Shown here piece after piece: positions 1 through 10,200 of a stretch of DNA of 32,000 bases. Within the stretch, counting starts at the first letter, position 1. The number at the start of each line of letters is the position of its first letter. Origin of the DNA: Ferrovum sp. PN-J185. GTDB taxonomy: Bacteria; Pseudomonadota; Gammaproteobacteria; Burkholderiales; Ferrovaceae. The stretch spans positions 49,764 to 81,763 of the forward strand of contig NZ_LQZA01000004.1 in the NCBI RefSeq assembly GCF_001581925.1, given 5' to 3'. Under the pieces are notes generated by a model. The model was not told the origin of the DNA, searched no databases, and saw nothing but the letters and a program-made list of their open reading frames with translations. Both the position numbers and the translations under genes were made by a program.

Positions 1-1
1 A

Positions 2-1501
2 ACAGTTAAAGGCTATGGTATGGGTGAGGCTGGAGAGGGGCAAAACATTACTCACCAACAGAAAAAAATGGGTGAACATGCAATCAAACAATTCCGTGAT
101 CGTTTCCAAATACCGATATCAGATGAAGTGATTGCAGAAATCCCCTTCTATCGACCAAGTGATGACAGTCCTGAAATACAGTACTTAAAACAGCAACGAG
201 AAAAACTAGGTGGGTATATCCCTGCAAGACGCTTTGATGTACCCAAACTCACTGTCCCGCCACTATCAACCTTTGAGTCACTATTACAAAGTACAGAAGA
301 TCGACAATCGTCCACTACTATGGCCTTTGTGAGAATACTAACACTACTAACTCGCGATAAAGAACTGGGTAAATTAATCGTACCAATTGTACCTGATGAA
401 TCAAGAACCTTTGGCATGGAGGGGATGTTCCGCAGTCTAGGTATTTACTCTTCTGTGGGGCAACTGTATGAACCACAGGATCACGACCAGTTGATGTACT
501 ACCGTGAAGACGTTACTGGCCAAATTTTACAAGAAGGGATTAATGAAGCGGGAGCGTTCTCATCATGGATTGCAGCTGCTACTTCCTATGCAAACCATGG
601 TGTTACCACAATTCCGTTTTATATTTTCTACTCCATGTTTGGTTTTCAAAGAGTGGGGGACCTCGCTTGGGCTGCAGGAGATATGCAGTGTCGTGGATTT
701 TTAATTGGTGGGACTTCAGGTCGTACTACTTTAAATGGTGAAGGCTTACAACACCAAGATGGTCATAGCCAAGTTCATGCAAGCTTTATTCCTAATTGCG
801 TGTCTTATGACCCCACCTTCGCCTATGAAGTCGCCGTCATTATGCAAGATGGTTTAAGAAGAATGTATCAAGAGCAAGAAAACATTTTCTACTATATAAC
901 CACTTTGAATGAAAATTACTCCCACCCCGCAATGCCCCAGGGAGTTGAGGCTGGTATCTTAAAAGGAATGTATTTATTTAAAGCTCGCCAAGAAAAACAT
1001 AAAGGCCCTGAAGTTCAATTACTTGGTAGTGGGTCCATATTACGTGAAGTTATTGCCGCCTCAGAGCTGCTGGCTGAAGATTGGGGTATCAATAGCCAAG
1101 TGTGGAGCGCAACAAGTTTCAATGAGCTTGCACGTGAGGGACAGAATACTGTCAGATGGAATCGTCTACATCCAACCGCACCAAGAAAACTGTCTTATGT
1201 GGAAAACTGCCTAAAAGATACCAATGGGCCAGTTATTGCTGCAACAGATTACATCAAAACCTTTGCTGAGCAAATTCGAGCTTTTGTACCAGGTAAATAT
1301 GTGACTTTAGGCACCGATGGATTTGGTCGTTCTGATACCAGAGCCAAACTCAGACACTTCTTTGAGGTTGATCGTTATTACGTAACAATTACTGCCCTTA
1401 ATGCCCTGGCTGAGGAAGGTAAAATCAAACCTGAGGTAGTATCTGAAGCTATTAAGAAATACAACATAAACCCAGAAAAACCTGTTCCAACATCAGTGTA
1501 A
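2..1501 (+). CDS. aceE: Pyruvate dehydrogenase E1 component (homodimeric AceE type). This is the C-terminal part; the 5' end lies outside the window.
   Basis: The frame is open from position 2 (TVKGYGMGEAGEG...). The translation looks colinear with the C-terminal half of AceE-type E1 (GYGMG.AGEG, TSGRTTLNGEGLQHQDGHS, GTDGFGRSDTR). A hairpin plus T-run terminator follows. Confidence 0.9.
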   Translation, partial: TVKGYGMGEAGEGQNITHQQKKMGEHAIKQFRDRFQIPISDEVIAEIPFYRPSDDSPEIQYLKQQREKLGGYIPARRFDVPKLTVPPLSTFESLLQSTEDRQSSTTMAFVRILTLLTRDKELGKLIVPIVPDESRTFGMEGMFRSLGIYSSVGQLYEPQDHDQLMYYREDVTGQILQEGINEAGAFSSWIAAATSYANHGVTTIPFYIFYSMFGFQRVGDLAWAAGDMQCRGFLIGGTSGRTTLNGEGLQHQDGHSQVHASFIPNCVSYDPTFAYEVAVIMQDGLRRMYQEQENIFYYITTLNENYSHPAMPQGVEAGILKGMYLFKARQEKHKGPEVQLLGSGSILREVIAASELLAEDWGINSQVWSATSFNELAREGQNTVRWNRLHPTAPRKLSYVENCLKDTNGPVIAATDYIKTFAEQIRAFVPGKYVTLGTDGFGRSDTRAKLRHFFEVDRYYVTITALNALAEEGKIKPEVVSEAIKKYNINPEKPVPTSV

Positions 1502-1508
1502 CGCTCAC

Positions 1509-1549
1509 TCCCTCTAGGTAGAAAAACCCTAGAGGGATTTTTTTGTTTT
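1509..1549 (+). terminator. Rho-independent terminator after aceE
   Basis: Stem ccctctagg (1510-1518) pairs with cctagaggg (1528-1536). It is followed by a T-run, tttttttgtttt. Confidence 0.75.
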
Positions 1550-1606
1550 CTTTTTCTTATTATTTTTATAGAATTAGTCTAAACTTTCATAAACATGGAG
1601 AATCTC

Positions 1607-2194
1607 ATGGAACACCAGTTACCTGCTCTGCCTTACGCCAAAAATGCCTTAGTACCGCATATGAGCGAAGAAACCTTTGATTATCATTACAGTAAACATC
1701 ATAACGCCTATGTAGTGAACCTCAATAACCTGATTAAAGGAACTGAGTTTGAAAGCTTGGATTTAGAATCAATCGTAAAAAAAGCACCTGCAGGCGGAAT
1801 CTACAACAATGCGGCCCAGGTTTGGAATCATACCTTTTTCTGGCATTGTCTTAGCCCACAGGGTGGCGGAGAGCCAACTGGCGCATTACTTGATGCCATT
1901 AATAAGAAATGGGGTTCTGTAGATGAGTTTAAAAAAGCCTTTCAAACTGCTGCGGTTGGAAATTTTGGCTCTGGTTGGACTTGGTTGGTAAAAAAAGCAG
2001 ACGGCAGCCTTGATATTGTTAACATGGGCGCAGCGGGTACACCACTTACTACTGGAGATAAAGCTGTTCTATGTATTGATGTATGGGAACATGCTTATTA
2101 CATTGATTATCGCAACTTACGTCCTAAGTTTGTCGAGACTTATCTCGCTCATTTAGTTAACTGGGAATTTGCTGCAAAGAATTTTGCTGCGTAA
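1607..2194 (+). CDS. sodB: Fe-type superoxide dismutase
   Basis: MEHQLPALPYAKNAL..HYSKHHNAYV..NNAAQVWNHTFFW..FGSGWTWLV..DVWEHAYYIDYRN is near-colinear with enterobacterial SodB. A GGAGAA Shine-Dalgarno sits 7 nt before the ATG at 1607, so I prefer that start to the track start at 1595. Confidence 0.93.
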   Translation: MEHQLPALPYAKNALVPHMSEETFDYHYSKHHNAYVVNLNNLIKGTEFESLDLESIVKKAPAGGIYNNAAQVWNHTFFWHCLSPQGGGEPTGALLDAINKKWGSVDEFKKAFQTAAVGNFGSGWTWLVKKADGSLDIVNMGAAGTPLTTGDKAVLCIDVWEHAYYIDYRNLRPKFVETYLAHLVNWEFAAKNFAA

Positions 2195-2228
2195 TAATAT
2201 TTGTTAATTAATAGTTAGTTTTTAATCT

Positions 2229-2262
2229 AAAAAGAGCTGAAATAGTTTTCAGCTCTTTTTAT
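2229..2262. terminator. Bidirectional hairpin terminator between convergent sodB and the helicase gene
   Basis: aaagagctgaaa (2231-2242) pairs with tttcagctcttt (2247-2258), with a 4-nt loop. A-runs and T-runs lie on both sides. Confidence 0.7.
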
Positions 2263-4895
2263 TGATACTCTTCAACTATTAACAAATCAGGATGAATGTT
2301 TTTTAGATTTATTAATTCTTTGATCCAAGCGGTCTCTTTTTCCTCAACTCCTCCCAGAATATATAACTCACTCTGAGCTCTTGTCATAGCAACATACAAT
2401 AAATTATTTTCTTCCTGTTGAAGTAACGCTTCCTCTCTATCCAAGTAAAACAACTGAGTTTTGGGAATCATTTTTTTCTCAGGCACATAAGAAAAGTAAT
2501 CAGGATAAGCGTGCTCAGGTAACCAATTTACATACCAAAAATGACTTTTCCCCTTAGCACGCCATCCATCATGGTCAACTAACCATACCATTGGTGCCTC
2601 TAAACCTTTTGCTCCATGAATCGTCATTAATTTAACAGCATTGGTTGTAGCTGAAAGCATGCCTTGATCAGGAGCTTGTGACTCATCATTACGTAATTCA
2701 TCCATTTCCATAAGAAAACGCACTAGATTAGGATAACGTCCACTATTCCACGATAGAGTAAACTCTAAAAAAGCGTCAATATTTGACTGTGCCTGATAAT
2801 AGCGCTCAAAAGATAAACACGCTTGATAGGACTGTAGAACTTTTCCTTCAATTAGTATCGTTTCTAACAAATCATGAACGGGAACCTGTTGTGACAGTTT
2901 CCTCCAGTGGTCCAGTAAAAGGAAAACATCGTTAAAGCAAGATATGGACGACAATTGATGCCACCATGAGAGATCTTGAGAAAACCTCAATAAATCTGTA
3001 TCTGTGCGATTAAAAACAGGGGATTTTAAAACTTTGGCTAAACTTAAATTATCCATTGGATAGACCAACACTTTTAGCAAACTTAAAATATCTTCAATTT
3101 CCAAAAAAAATAATAGTTGGCCTTTTTGCTGACTAATAAATGGAATACCTAGGTCTCTGAATACTTCTTCAAACTCTATCAGTGTTTGTCGTCGTCTGGC
3201 GAGAATTAATATATCACTATACTCTAGTGTTTTTTTCCCTTGCCCTGTTAAGATATCTCTCTTCCCAACAGAGTCATTGAGTAGGTGAGCAACAGCCATT
3301 GCCCCTGTAGGATTCATTTCATATTCTTCACGAGCCGTTTTTAATGGATGACGTAATAGATTATCCGAATAGGCTTTTTTATTGGTTTCAAGTTTACGAT
3401 TTTGTTTGTCTACAATAAGTTTTACCAATCCTTTATCTGTATTGTTTTTTGCTTGATGAGCAACATGAGGAAAAGATGACTTGTTTTCAAATAAACGATT
3501 AACTAAGTTAATAATTCCTTGATAACTACGATAAGACTGAGACAGAGTTAATTGTAAAGCGTCATATTGAGCTAACAACAACTCCTTTGCCTCTTCAAAA
3601 ACTCGACTATCCGACCGTCTAAAACGATATATCGCTTGTTTAGGATCCCCTACAATAAATAATCTCAGAGAAGAATCTGACTCTCGAGCATTAACAAACC
3701 ACTGTTTTAAAATATGCCACTGTAACGGACTGGTATCTTGAAACTCATCTACTAGAACTTGTTGGAAACGAGTGTCTAATCGATAGAACCAATGTGGTGC
3801 TTGTATTGGATCTCTCAATAGCTGATAGATCCAATAGGCTATATCAGAGAAATCTGCTTCACGATTAATCTTTTTAAGACGAATCAACTCTTGTATGTAT
3901 GCATCAAGGCAAGTGAAGAGTTGTAAATTTAACTGCCGAGTAAACTCAAGCCGAACCCCCTCTCTATACCGCTCCATTAAATCTACCCAATCTAACCACA
4001 ACTGATTCTGCTGAACTGCATTTAAGGCATTAGCAATATTCTGTCTTGGAGTACCATATCCTTCCTGAGTAAAAGTCCACTCAATGAAATCTAACACTTG
4101 TTCTGAAGTGGATATAAGTAGAGACAATTCTTGAGCTTGTCTTTGTAAAGCAGGAGTTAATTGTGTTAATTGCTGAATTAATGCTAAGGCTAATACATTC
4201 ACTCTAGAGTCGTTCATCATGTCTTGAGGATTGATTGCCCCTGCTTGTTCAAAATCTATTTTTTCCCATACTAATTTAGGGTTATTGTGTTGTGTAAATA
4301 ATTGCCACTCAACACGCCAGTTAGCTCCTTCAAATAATATTTGTCTAAGAGATTCGGTACCTATTTTTTTAATTAAATTATTTATCTCAGCGTGATCATT
4401 ATTTAATTCAATTCTTTTTAATAATGATAGCCATGCTTCCTGACGAATCGACAAACGATCAATTCCAGGATTTACATCAAATTGTATTGATGAGGATAAG
4501 GGTGCTTGTTTAATTAAAGACAAAAACCATTCGTCAAAAGTATTTATAACAACACCAGGTTGTGCCATTAGATTTTGATAGAGCTTTCTGGCACGAGGTA
4601 AATAGTTACTTATCTGCTGATGAGTAATTCCTCTTTCTACTAGAAAATCAATTACCCAAGAGTCATGTTCAAATGCTAATTGATGACTCCATTCTCGTAA
4701 ACGTACTTGCATTTCTGATGCTGCTTTTCTTGTAAAGGTAATTGCAACAATTTGATTAGGAGGAACATTATCTAAAAGTAAACGAATAATTCGCGAAACT
4801 AATAACCAAGTTTTTCCCGTTCCAGCACAAGCATCCACTATCACAGAGCGCTCTGGATTAAGTGCTTCGTATGTCCTCAACAGTGAAGTATTCAT
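2259..4895 (-). CDS. UvrD/Rep superfamily-1 helicase, AddA/RexA-like subunit of a two-gene helicase-nuclease
   Basis: Walker A is DACAGTGKTWLL. Other SF1 motifs are present: ITFTRKAASEM, VDEFQDTSPLQW, VGDPKQAIYRFR, TIHGAKGLE and LLYVAMTRA. The likely start is the internal ATG at 4895 (MNTSLL...), 1 nt after the stop of the upstream partner gene. The 23-aa extension in the track overlaps that gene. Confidence 0.8.
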   Translation of the reverse strand: MNTSLLRTYEALNPERSVIVDACAGTGKTWLLVSRIIRLLLDNVPPNQIVAITFTRKAASEMQVRLREWSHQLAFEHDSWVIDFLVERGITHQQISNYLPRARKLYQNLMAQPGVVINTFDEWFLSLIKQAPLSSSIQFDVNPGIDRLSIRQEAWLSLLKRIELNNDHAEINNLIKKIGTESLRQILFEGANWRVEWQLFTQHNNPKLVWEKIDFEQAGAINPQDMMNDSRVNVLALALIQQLTQLTPALQRQAQELSLLISTSEQVLDFIEWTFTQEGYGTPRQNIANALNAVQQNQLWLDWVDLMERYREGVRLEFTRQLNLQLFTCLDAYIQELIRLKKINREADFSDIAYWIYQLLRDPIQAPHWFYRLDTRFQQVLVDEFQDTSPLQWHILKQWFVNARESDSSLRLFIVGDPKQAIYRFRRSDSRVFEEAKELLLAQYDALQLTLSQSYRSYQGIINLVNRLFENKSSFPHVAHQAKNNTDKGLVKLIVDKQNRKLETNKKAYSDNLLRHPLKTAREEYEMNPTGAMAVAHLLNDSVGKRDILTGQGKKTLEYSDILILARRRQTLIEFEEVFRDLGIPFISQQKGQLLFFLEIEDILSLLKVLVYPMDNLSLAKVLKSPVFNRTDTDLLRFSQDLSWWHQLSSISCFNDVFLLLDHWRKLSQQVPVHDLLETILIEGKVLQSYQACLSFERYYQAQSNIDAFLEFTLSWNSGRYPNLVRFLMEMDELRNDESQAPDQGMLSATTNAVKLMTIHGAKGLEAPMVWLVDHDGWRAKGKSHFWYVNWLPEHAYPDYFSYVPEKKMIPKTQLFYLDREEALLQQEENNLLYVAMTRAQSELYILGGVEEKETAWIKELINLKNIHPDLLIVEEYQ

Positions 4896-4896
4896 A

Positions 4897-7590
4897 TTAA
4901 TTCCAATATTGACGACGGCAAACACCTTGATATTGGCAATACTCGCAGGTTTTGGTTGTCCCATTTGCAGGCCAACTTATGCCATTACGTGTATCATTTA
5001 CAATATCAAACCATCTCTCCATAATTTTTTCGCTTAACTCAGATAGATGATTAATACTCACTTCTCGTATGGGTTGATCTTCAAGAAAAACATAACTGGT
5101 TTTTGGCTCTAGCTCATCAAGTAATTGGGCATAGAAAGGAAGTTGAATTTCTTCTCCTGATTCAATATCTTTTCTTATAATGTGTTTACTACTTCGTAAT
5201 TTATAATCTAAGATTTCTGTAATCTGTTGTCCATCTTCAACTTTAGTATCTAATCTATCGATATTACCAACTAATTCAAACTCCTCACCCCGCGAATTAT
5301 GTTTTAACTTATTTATATGTTGCTCAATGCCAATTGTTTGCCAATTAGCTTGTTCTCGTTTATCAAACCATTCTGAAATAACCGGAATCAAAGAACACCA
5401 GTACACATACCAAGCCTGCCAGTAAGGATCCTCTTCTAATAATGGTTGCCAGAGACTGTCTGTTACCTGCATAAGACAATCGTGCCAAGTCTGGTTAGGA
5501 TGACATTTTTTAAACACAACAACTTTTTCAAGTACTCGGTGAACCAATTGGCCAAACTCCGCTTTTGTCACGCCTTCGGTGACTGGGAAAGGTTTTTTTA
5601 CACACAAAATATCATATAAAAATGCCTGATAAGGACAATTCATAACTCTTTGATAAAACGATGCAGTAACCGTTTGAGGGAATTTATTAGCGGGAATAGA
5701 TACCTTTGGCCTAGTTACCTGAATTGACTGATTCTCTATATTAGATGATTGTGTACTAATAAAAAGAGAACTTCCATACATATATTTATGGGTATTTTCC
5801 ATGAGGTCAATCATGGGTGCCAATACGGATTGGGCTCCATTAATTTGTGTACGATAGGTCATCACTATTGTATTGGAATGCTCAATCAACTCCATTATAT
5901 CTTTTGTCGATTCCTCTAAAAAATCTTCTCTCAGGGGCAAACCAAATACTTTTCTTACAGATTCACCAAATATGGGGTTAACTGGAATATATGGTAACTG
6001 AGTACTATCTATACCAAGGACAAGAGTGGCTGTTGATGATATATACAATGACTGAGACAATTGGCTAAAAGTAACTACAGGATTAGTATATTCAGGTTTA
6101 AAATAACTACTTTCTAGTACTTCTTCCAACCATCCCACCCATTCATTAAAAGCATAAAGTCCTTGTTGATGTTGTTTATTTGAAAGGAGTTGTTGCAAAT
6201 ACTCCAGGAATTGTTGTCCCGCCATATCTTTAGTTAAAGATGTGTACATAGACCAACACTCTAATAATTGAAACAGTTGATTGATCCATCCACTAAGACT
6301 TAATCTTCTATGTTGAAATAATGATAATCCAGTTAAAAGAGCTCTTTTTATCTTATTCGTTTTATTATTATTTTCTTCTTCTAATACAGTCACATTTACT
6401 AACCATTTATTTAACTGGCTTTGGTTAGAGAACTGTCCAATATCATTAATAAGCTGTTCAATTAATTGGCAACGTTCATTTTCCTCTTCATCGCCCATAA
6501 ACCACGGTATATGAAACAACTCAAATAAACCTTGCCTTGAAAAACCTCGTTGAGCTAAATTCAAACAAACCTTAATAGCCGCAACTACAGTGGTAGTGCT
6601 AAATATCCAACCTGTAGTATCTTCAAAAGGAATATTTTTAGAAGATAAACAAGCCTGTAACCGTCTTACAGATTGTCTGTCTTGAGCAATTACCATCACA
6701 GGGACTTGATTGTTTTTTATTCTTGCTTCAATCCAAGACACAGCAAACTCAGTCTCTTGCTCAAAATAATCGCAAGCAACCAAATTAACCCGATTAATTA
6801 ATGGACTATCATGGCATCGTGTTTTATAAGAATTCGCCCAATCTACAAGCGCTATGTCTGAGCGATGTAACCATAAATTCGACAACCAATCTCTTAATTT
6901 AGAATGCTGGATGGGTTCTGTTGCAATTATCTTTATTAATACGTTATCACTGATATCTTCTAGAAACTGTCTCTCCGCCGGGTAACGAATGCTTGCCTCC
7001 ATCACCATCAATACATTCATTGAACAATATTTAGGCAAGTTTTTTAGGCGCGCTATATATGCCATTGAGCTTGATAAATAGCGGGAAGAATCATGAAGTA
7101 GTTGCCAAAGTGTATGAACAACTCGTGCTTCAAACTGAAGAGGCTGTGATAGAGCTGACTGATAAGCACTTGCAAGAGTCTGCGCTAATTCTGATTCGTT
7201 ATTTGGCCAAATAATACCTTGGAGATTTAATTCATCCATTAACCTCACTGACTCTTGTGCGAAATGCCAGCGATAATGCTCTTCAAACCAACTATTTTCT
7301 ACTAATGCATCATAAACCAATTGTTGGCGTTCATATTCCCCAACAATTTGACCATGTAAGGGAACCTGTTCTGCCAATAGTGAAAAAGTTGTGATATGTA
7401 CATATCTAGCATATGAGAAAACCAATGATTCGAGGTGGGGAATAAGTTTTGCGTGTGGGACGACTACAGTGACTCCCCTACCCTCAGGATATTGCTCAAT
7501 TATCGTCTTTATTTCATGGGCTGTTGCTAATAGCGCCCATGATGATGTTATTTCTCTAAGAAGTCTCGTTTGTCCTTCACGTCTTTCCAC
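4897..7590 (-). CDS. AddB/RexB-like PD-(D/E)XK nuclease subunit with a Cas4-like 4-Cys cluster
   Basis: The C-terminal region has MNCPYQAF, a nuclease-like block NIDRLD...ILDYKLRS, and [11 protein letters not shown]. That is a C...CxxCx5C iron-sulfur signature typical of AddB-type nucleases. The gene lies immediately upstream of the SF1 helicase. Its start overlaps the fdxA 3' end by 43 nt. Confidence 0.7.
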   Translation of the reverse strand: MERREGQTRLLREITSSWALLATAHEIKTIIEQYPEGRGVTVVVPHAKLIPHLESLVFSYARYVHITTFSLLAEQVPLHGQIVGEYERQQLVYDALVENSWFEEHYRWHFAQESVRLMDELNLQGIIWPNNESELAQTLASAYQSALSQPLQFEARVVHTLWQLLHDSSRYLSSSMAYIARLKNLPKYCSMNVLMVMEASIRYPAERQFLEDISDNVLIKIIATEPIQHSKLRDWLSNLWLHRSDIALVDWANSYKTRCHDSPLINRVNLVACDYFEQETEFAVSWIEARIKNNQVPVMVIAQDRQSVRRLQACLSSKNIPFEDTTGWIFSTTTVVAAIKVCLNLAQRGFSRQGLFELFHIPWFMGDEEENERCQLIEQLINDIGQFSNQSQLNKWLVNVTVLEEENNNKTNKIKRALLTGLSLFQHRRLSLSGWINQLFQLLECWSMYTSLTKDMAGQQFLEYLQQLLSNKQHQQGLYAFNEWVGWLEEVLESSYFKPEYTNPVVTFSQLSQSLYISSTATLVLGIDSTQLPYIPVNPIFGESVRKVFGLPLREDFLEESTKDIMELIEHSNTIVMTYRTQINGAQSVLAPMIDLMENTHKYMYGSSLFISTQSSNIENQSIQVTRPKVSIPANKFPQTVTASFYQRVMNCPYQAFLYDILCVKKPFPVTEGVTKAEFGQLVHRVLEKVVVFKKCHPNQTWHDCLMQVTDSLWQPLLEEDPYWQAWYVYWCSLIPVISEWFDKREQANWQTIGIEQHINKLKHNSRGEEFELVGNIDRLDTKVEDGQQITEILDYKLRSSKHIIRKDIESGEEIQLPFYAQLLDELEPKTSYVFLEDQPIREVSINHLSELSEKIMERWFDIVNDTRNGISWPANGTTKTCEYCQYQGVCRRQYWN

Positions 7591-7871
7591 TCATCAGCAT
7601 CCTCTAAAGGGTCCTTACGTTCAATAATAGGCTTCCACACTTTCGCAAGGTCAGCATTAATTGCAATAAAGGCACGTTGGTTTTCAGGAACATCATCTTC
7701 AGCATAGATCGCTTCAACAGGACATTCAGCGACACATAAGGTACAGTCAATACATTCATCAGGATCAATAACTAAAAAGTTAGGTCCTTCACGAAAACAG
7801 TCAACTGGGCAAACATCAACACAATCAGTATATTTACAACGAACACAAGACTCAGTCACCACATACGTCAT
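7548..7871 (-). CDS. fdxA: Azotobacter-type 7Fe ferredoxin
   Basis: 107 aa. It carries CxxCxxxxCxxxCP plus CxxCxxCxxxCP motifs ([31 protein letters not shown]). Confidence 0.9.
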   Translation of the reverse strand: MTYVVTESCVRCKYTDCVDVCPVDCFREGPNFLVIDPDECIDCTLCVAECPVEAIYAEDDVPENQRAFIAINADLAKVWKPIIERKDPLEDADEWKDVKDKRDFLEK

Positions 7872-8127
7872 GACAGCACTCTCCTAACCTAAAATAAACA
7901 TTCTAACAGCACTAAAAGGCCTATCACAAATACTAAAATTGAATTAATTAAGATTTAAAATGTCTATGTAAGCGAGAGTATTTTGTCATTTTAAACAACT
8001 AATTGCTTTTTCTGACAACTTTGTAACTACTATGCGACAATAATGAATTGGGTTAAAATGAATTAAATTTCGATGAATCATCTGATTCATCAAACACAAT
8101 TCAAGTTTGTTTTTTCAGAGGAAAATC

Positions 8128-8454
8128 ATGAGTGAATCAATAATACACGTGAGTGATCGTTCATTTGATGCTGACGTTTTACAAGCCAGTACCCCTGTAC
8201 TTTTGGATTTCTGGGCTGAGTGGTGCGGTCCATGTAAATTGATCGCCCCTATTCTTGAAGAAATTTCAAAGGATTACGCAGGTAAATTAAAAATCGCTAA
8301 ATTAAATGTTGATGATAACCCTGAAACTTCAAGAAAATTTGGTATCAGAGGTATTCCAACATTGTTACTGTTTAAGAATGGTAATGTTGAAGCAACCAAG
8401 GTTGGTGCTTTATCAAAATCACAATTAAGCGCGTTTATTGACAGTCACCTTTAA
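8128..8454 (+). CDS. trxA: Thioredoxin 1
   Basis: WCGPC active site, 108 aa, with a C-terminal half typical of TrxA ([14 protein letters not shown]). A GAGGAAAA Shine-Dalgarno precedes the ATG at 8128, so the track start at 8107 is probably too long. Confidence 0.92.
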   Translation: MSESIIHVSDRSFDADVLQASTPVLLDFWAEWCGPCKLIAPILEEISKDYAGKLKIAKLNVDDNPETSRKFGIRGIPTLLLFKNGNVEATKVGALSKSQLSAFIDSHL

Positions 8455-8466
8455 AAAGCGTAAATT

Positions 8467-8500
8467 CTGTTGCACAGTATCAGTAAATACTGTGTAACAG
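8467..8500 (+). terminator. 14-bp stem hairpin between trxA and rho (possible trxA terminator or rho leader structure)
   Basis: ctgttgcacagtat (8467-8480) pairs with atactgtgtaacag (8487-8500), with one G-U pair. No T-run follows, so its function is uncertain. Confidence 0.4.
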
Positions 8501-8576
8501 AACCAACAGTAATCTTAACCTTCAAATTCCACTATATATTTTCCCAAAATCATATTTTTAAATTTTTATTAATTCT

Positions 8577-9836
8577 ATGCATTTATCTGACCTAAAAACA
8601 CTTCACGTTACCGAATTAGTCGAAATGGCTATTAAAAATGAAATTGAAGGTGCCAATCGACTACGAAAACAAGAGTTAATATTTGCTTTATTAAAAAATC
8701 AAGCTAAAAAAGGCGAAAGTATATATGGAGAAGGTACCCTTGAAGTTCTCCAGGATGGTTTTGGTTTTCTCAGATCACCTGAAACCTCTTACTTGGCAAG
8801 CCCTGATGATATCTATATTTCGCCCTCACAAATCAGGCGTTTTAATTTACATACCGGCGATAGTATTCAAGGTGAAATTAGGATTCCTAAAGAAGGTGAG
8901 CGTTATTTTGCTTTAGTTAAAGTGGATGCAGTGAATGGTGAACCACCTGAACAAGCAAAAAACAAGATTCTTTTTGAAAACCTTACTCCACTGTTCCCAA
9001 CAGAACCACTTATATTAGAACGTGATATCAAAGCAGAAGAGAATTTCACTGGTCGCGTTATTGATATTGTTGCGCCAATTGGTAAGGGACAGCGTGGGTT
9101 ACTCGTTGCAAGCCCTAAAAGCGGCAAGACTGTTATGTTGCAACATATTGCACATTCTATTTCCTCAAATAATCCGGATGCACATCTAATCGTTTTATTA
9201 ATCGATGAACGTCCCGAAGAAGTAACTGAAATGCAACGTTCAGTTCGTGGTGAAGTGGTTTCTTCTACTTTTGATGAACCAGCCACACGTCATGTACAAG
9301 TAGCTGAAATGGTTATTGAAAAAGCAAAACGTTTAGTAGAACACAAACGAGACGTGGTTATTTTACTTGACTCTATCACTCGTTTAGCCAGAGCTTACAA
9401 TACCGTTATTCCCTCATCAGGTAAAGTGCTAACAGGCGGGGTTGATGCCAACGCCTTGCAACGTCCAAAACGTTTCTTTGGCGCAGCGCGCAATGTTGAA
9501 GAAGGTGGGTCACTGACCATCATTGCCACAGCGCTTGTAGATACTGGATCTCGTATGGATGATGTGATTTACGAGGAGTTTAAAGGCACGGGTAATATGG
9601 AGATTCATTTGGACAGAAGAATGGCCGAAAAACGAATCTATCCAGCTATTAACGTTAACCGCTCAGGTACACGCCGTGAAGAAATGTTACTCAAACAAGA
9701 GGTTCTTCAGAAAATCTGGGTTCTACGTAAGTTGCTTTATCCAATGGATGAGATTGAAGCATTGGAGTTTTTACTAGATAAAATTAAAGCTACAAAGAAC
9801 AATGCGGACTTTTTTGATTCTATGCGTAGAGGATAG
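8577..9836 (+). CDS. rho: Transcription termination factor Rho
   Basis: 419 aa. The N-terminus is MHLSDLK...EL. It has an RNA-binding domain (GFGFLRS), a Walker A (PKSGKT), [12 protein letters not shown] and the C-terminal part up to NMEIHLDR. Confidence 0.97.
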   Translation: MHLSDLKTLHVTELVEMAIKNEIEGANRLRKQELIFALLKNQAKKGESIYGEGTLEVLQDGFGFLRSPETSYLASPDDIYISPSQIRRFNLHTGDSIQGEIRIPKEGERYFALVKVDAVNGEPPEQAKNKILFENLTPLFPTEPLILERDIKAEENFTGRVIDIVAPIGKGQRGLLVASPKSGKTVMLQHIAHSISSNNPDAHLIVLLIDERPEEVTEMQRSVRGEVVSSTFDEPATRHVQVAEMVIEKAKRLVEHKRDVVILLDSITRLARAYNTVIPSSGKVLTGGVDANALQRPKRFFGAARNVEEGGSLTIIATALVDTGSRMDDVIYEEFKGTGNMEIHLDRRMAEKRIYPAINVNRSGTRREEMLLKQEVLQKIWVLRKLLYPMDEIEALEFLLDKIKATKNNADFFDSMRRG

Positions 9837-9933
9837 TTAAGTTCCAACATCCTTATTGCCATAAATAGCGTTTTAAGTCATAATATTGGGCTTAGTGTCG
9901 TATACCCCGACATATTGTTTAGGATAAAAGATT

Positions 9934-10140
9934 ATGAAACCCGAAATTCACCCAGAATATCAAGACGTAACTGTTACTTGTAGTTGCGGCAACTCATTTG
10001 TTACCAAATCAACACTTGGTAAACCAAACCTCTCTGTTGAGGTTTGCTCAGCTTGCCATCCTTTTTACACCGGTAAACAAAAAATTGTGGATACTGCAGG
10101 TCGTGTTGAGAAATTCCGCCAAAAATACGCTCGTAAGTAA
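9934..10140 (+). CDS. rpmE: 50S ribosomal protein L31 (zinc-binding type A)
   Basis: 68 aa starting MKPEIHPEY, with C16xC18...C37xxC40 and FYTGKQ. Confidence 0.95.
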   Translation: MKPEIHPEYQDVTVTCSCGNSFVTKSTLGKPNLSVEVCSACHPFYTGKQKIVDTAGRVEKFRQKYARK

Positions 10141-10160
10141 TCATTTTATACAGCATAAAA

Positions 10161-10180
10161 AGGCAGCGATCGCGCTGCCT
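10161..10180 (+). terminator. Hairpin after rpmE
   Basis: aggcagcg-atcg-cgctgcct forms a perfect 8-bp GC-rich stem. The T-tail is only short. Confidence 0.55.
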
Positions 10181-10200
10181 TTAGTCTAACTGGAGATCAC

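Noticed and set aside
4896-4964. The 23-codon N-terminal extension of the helicase ORF in the track. The same applies to the extended starts at 1595, 8107 and 23109.
   Set aside because: Internal ATGs with better Shine-Dalgarno sequences or gene spacing give N-termini that match the expected protein families. The extensions overlap upstream genes or lack an RBS.
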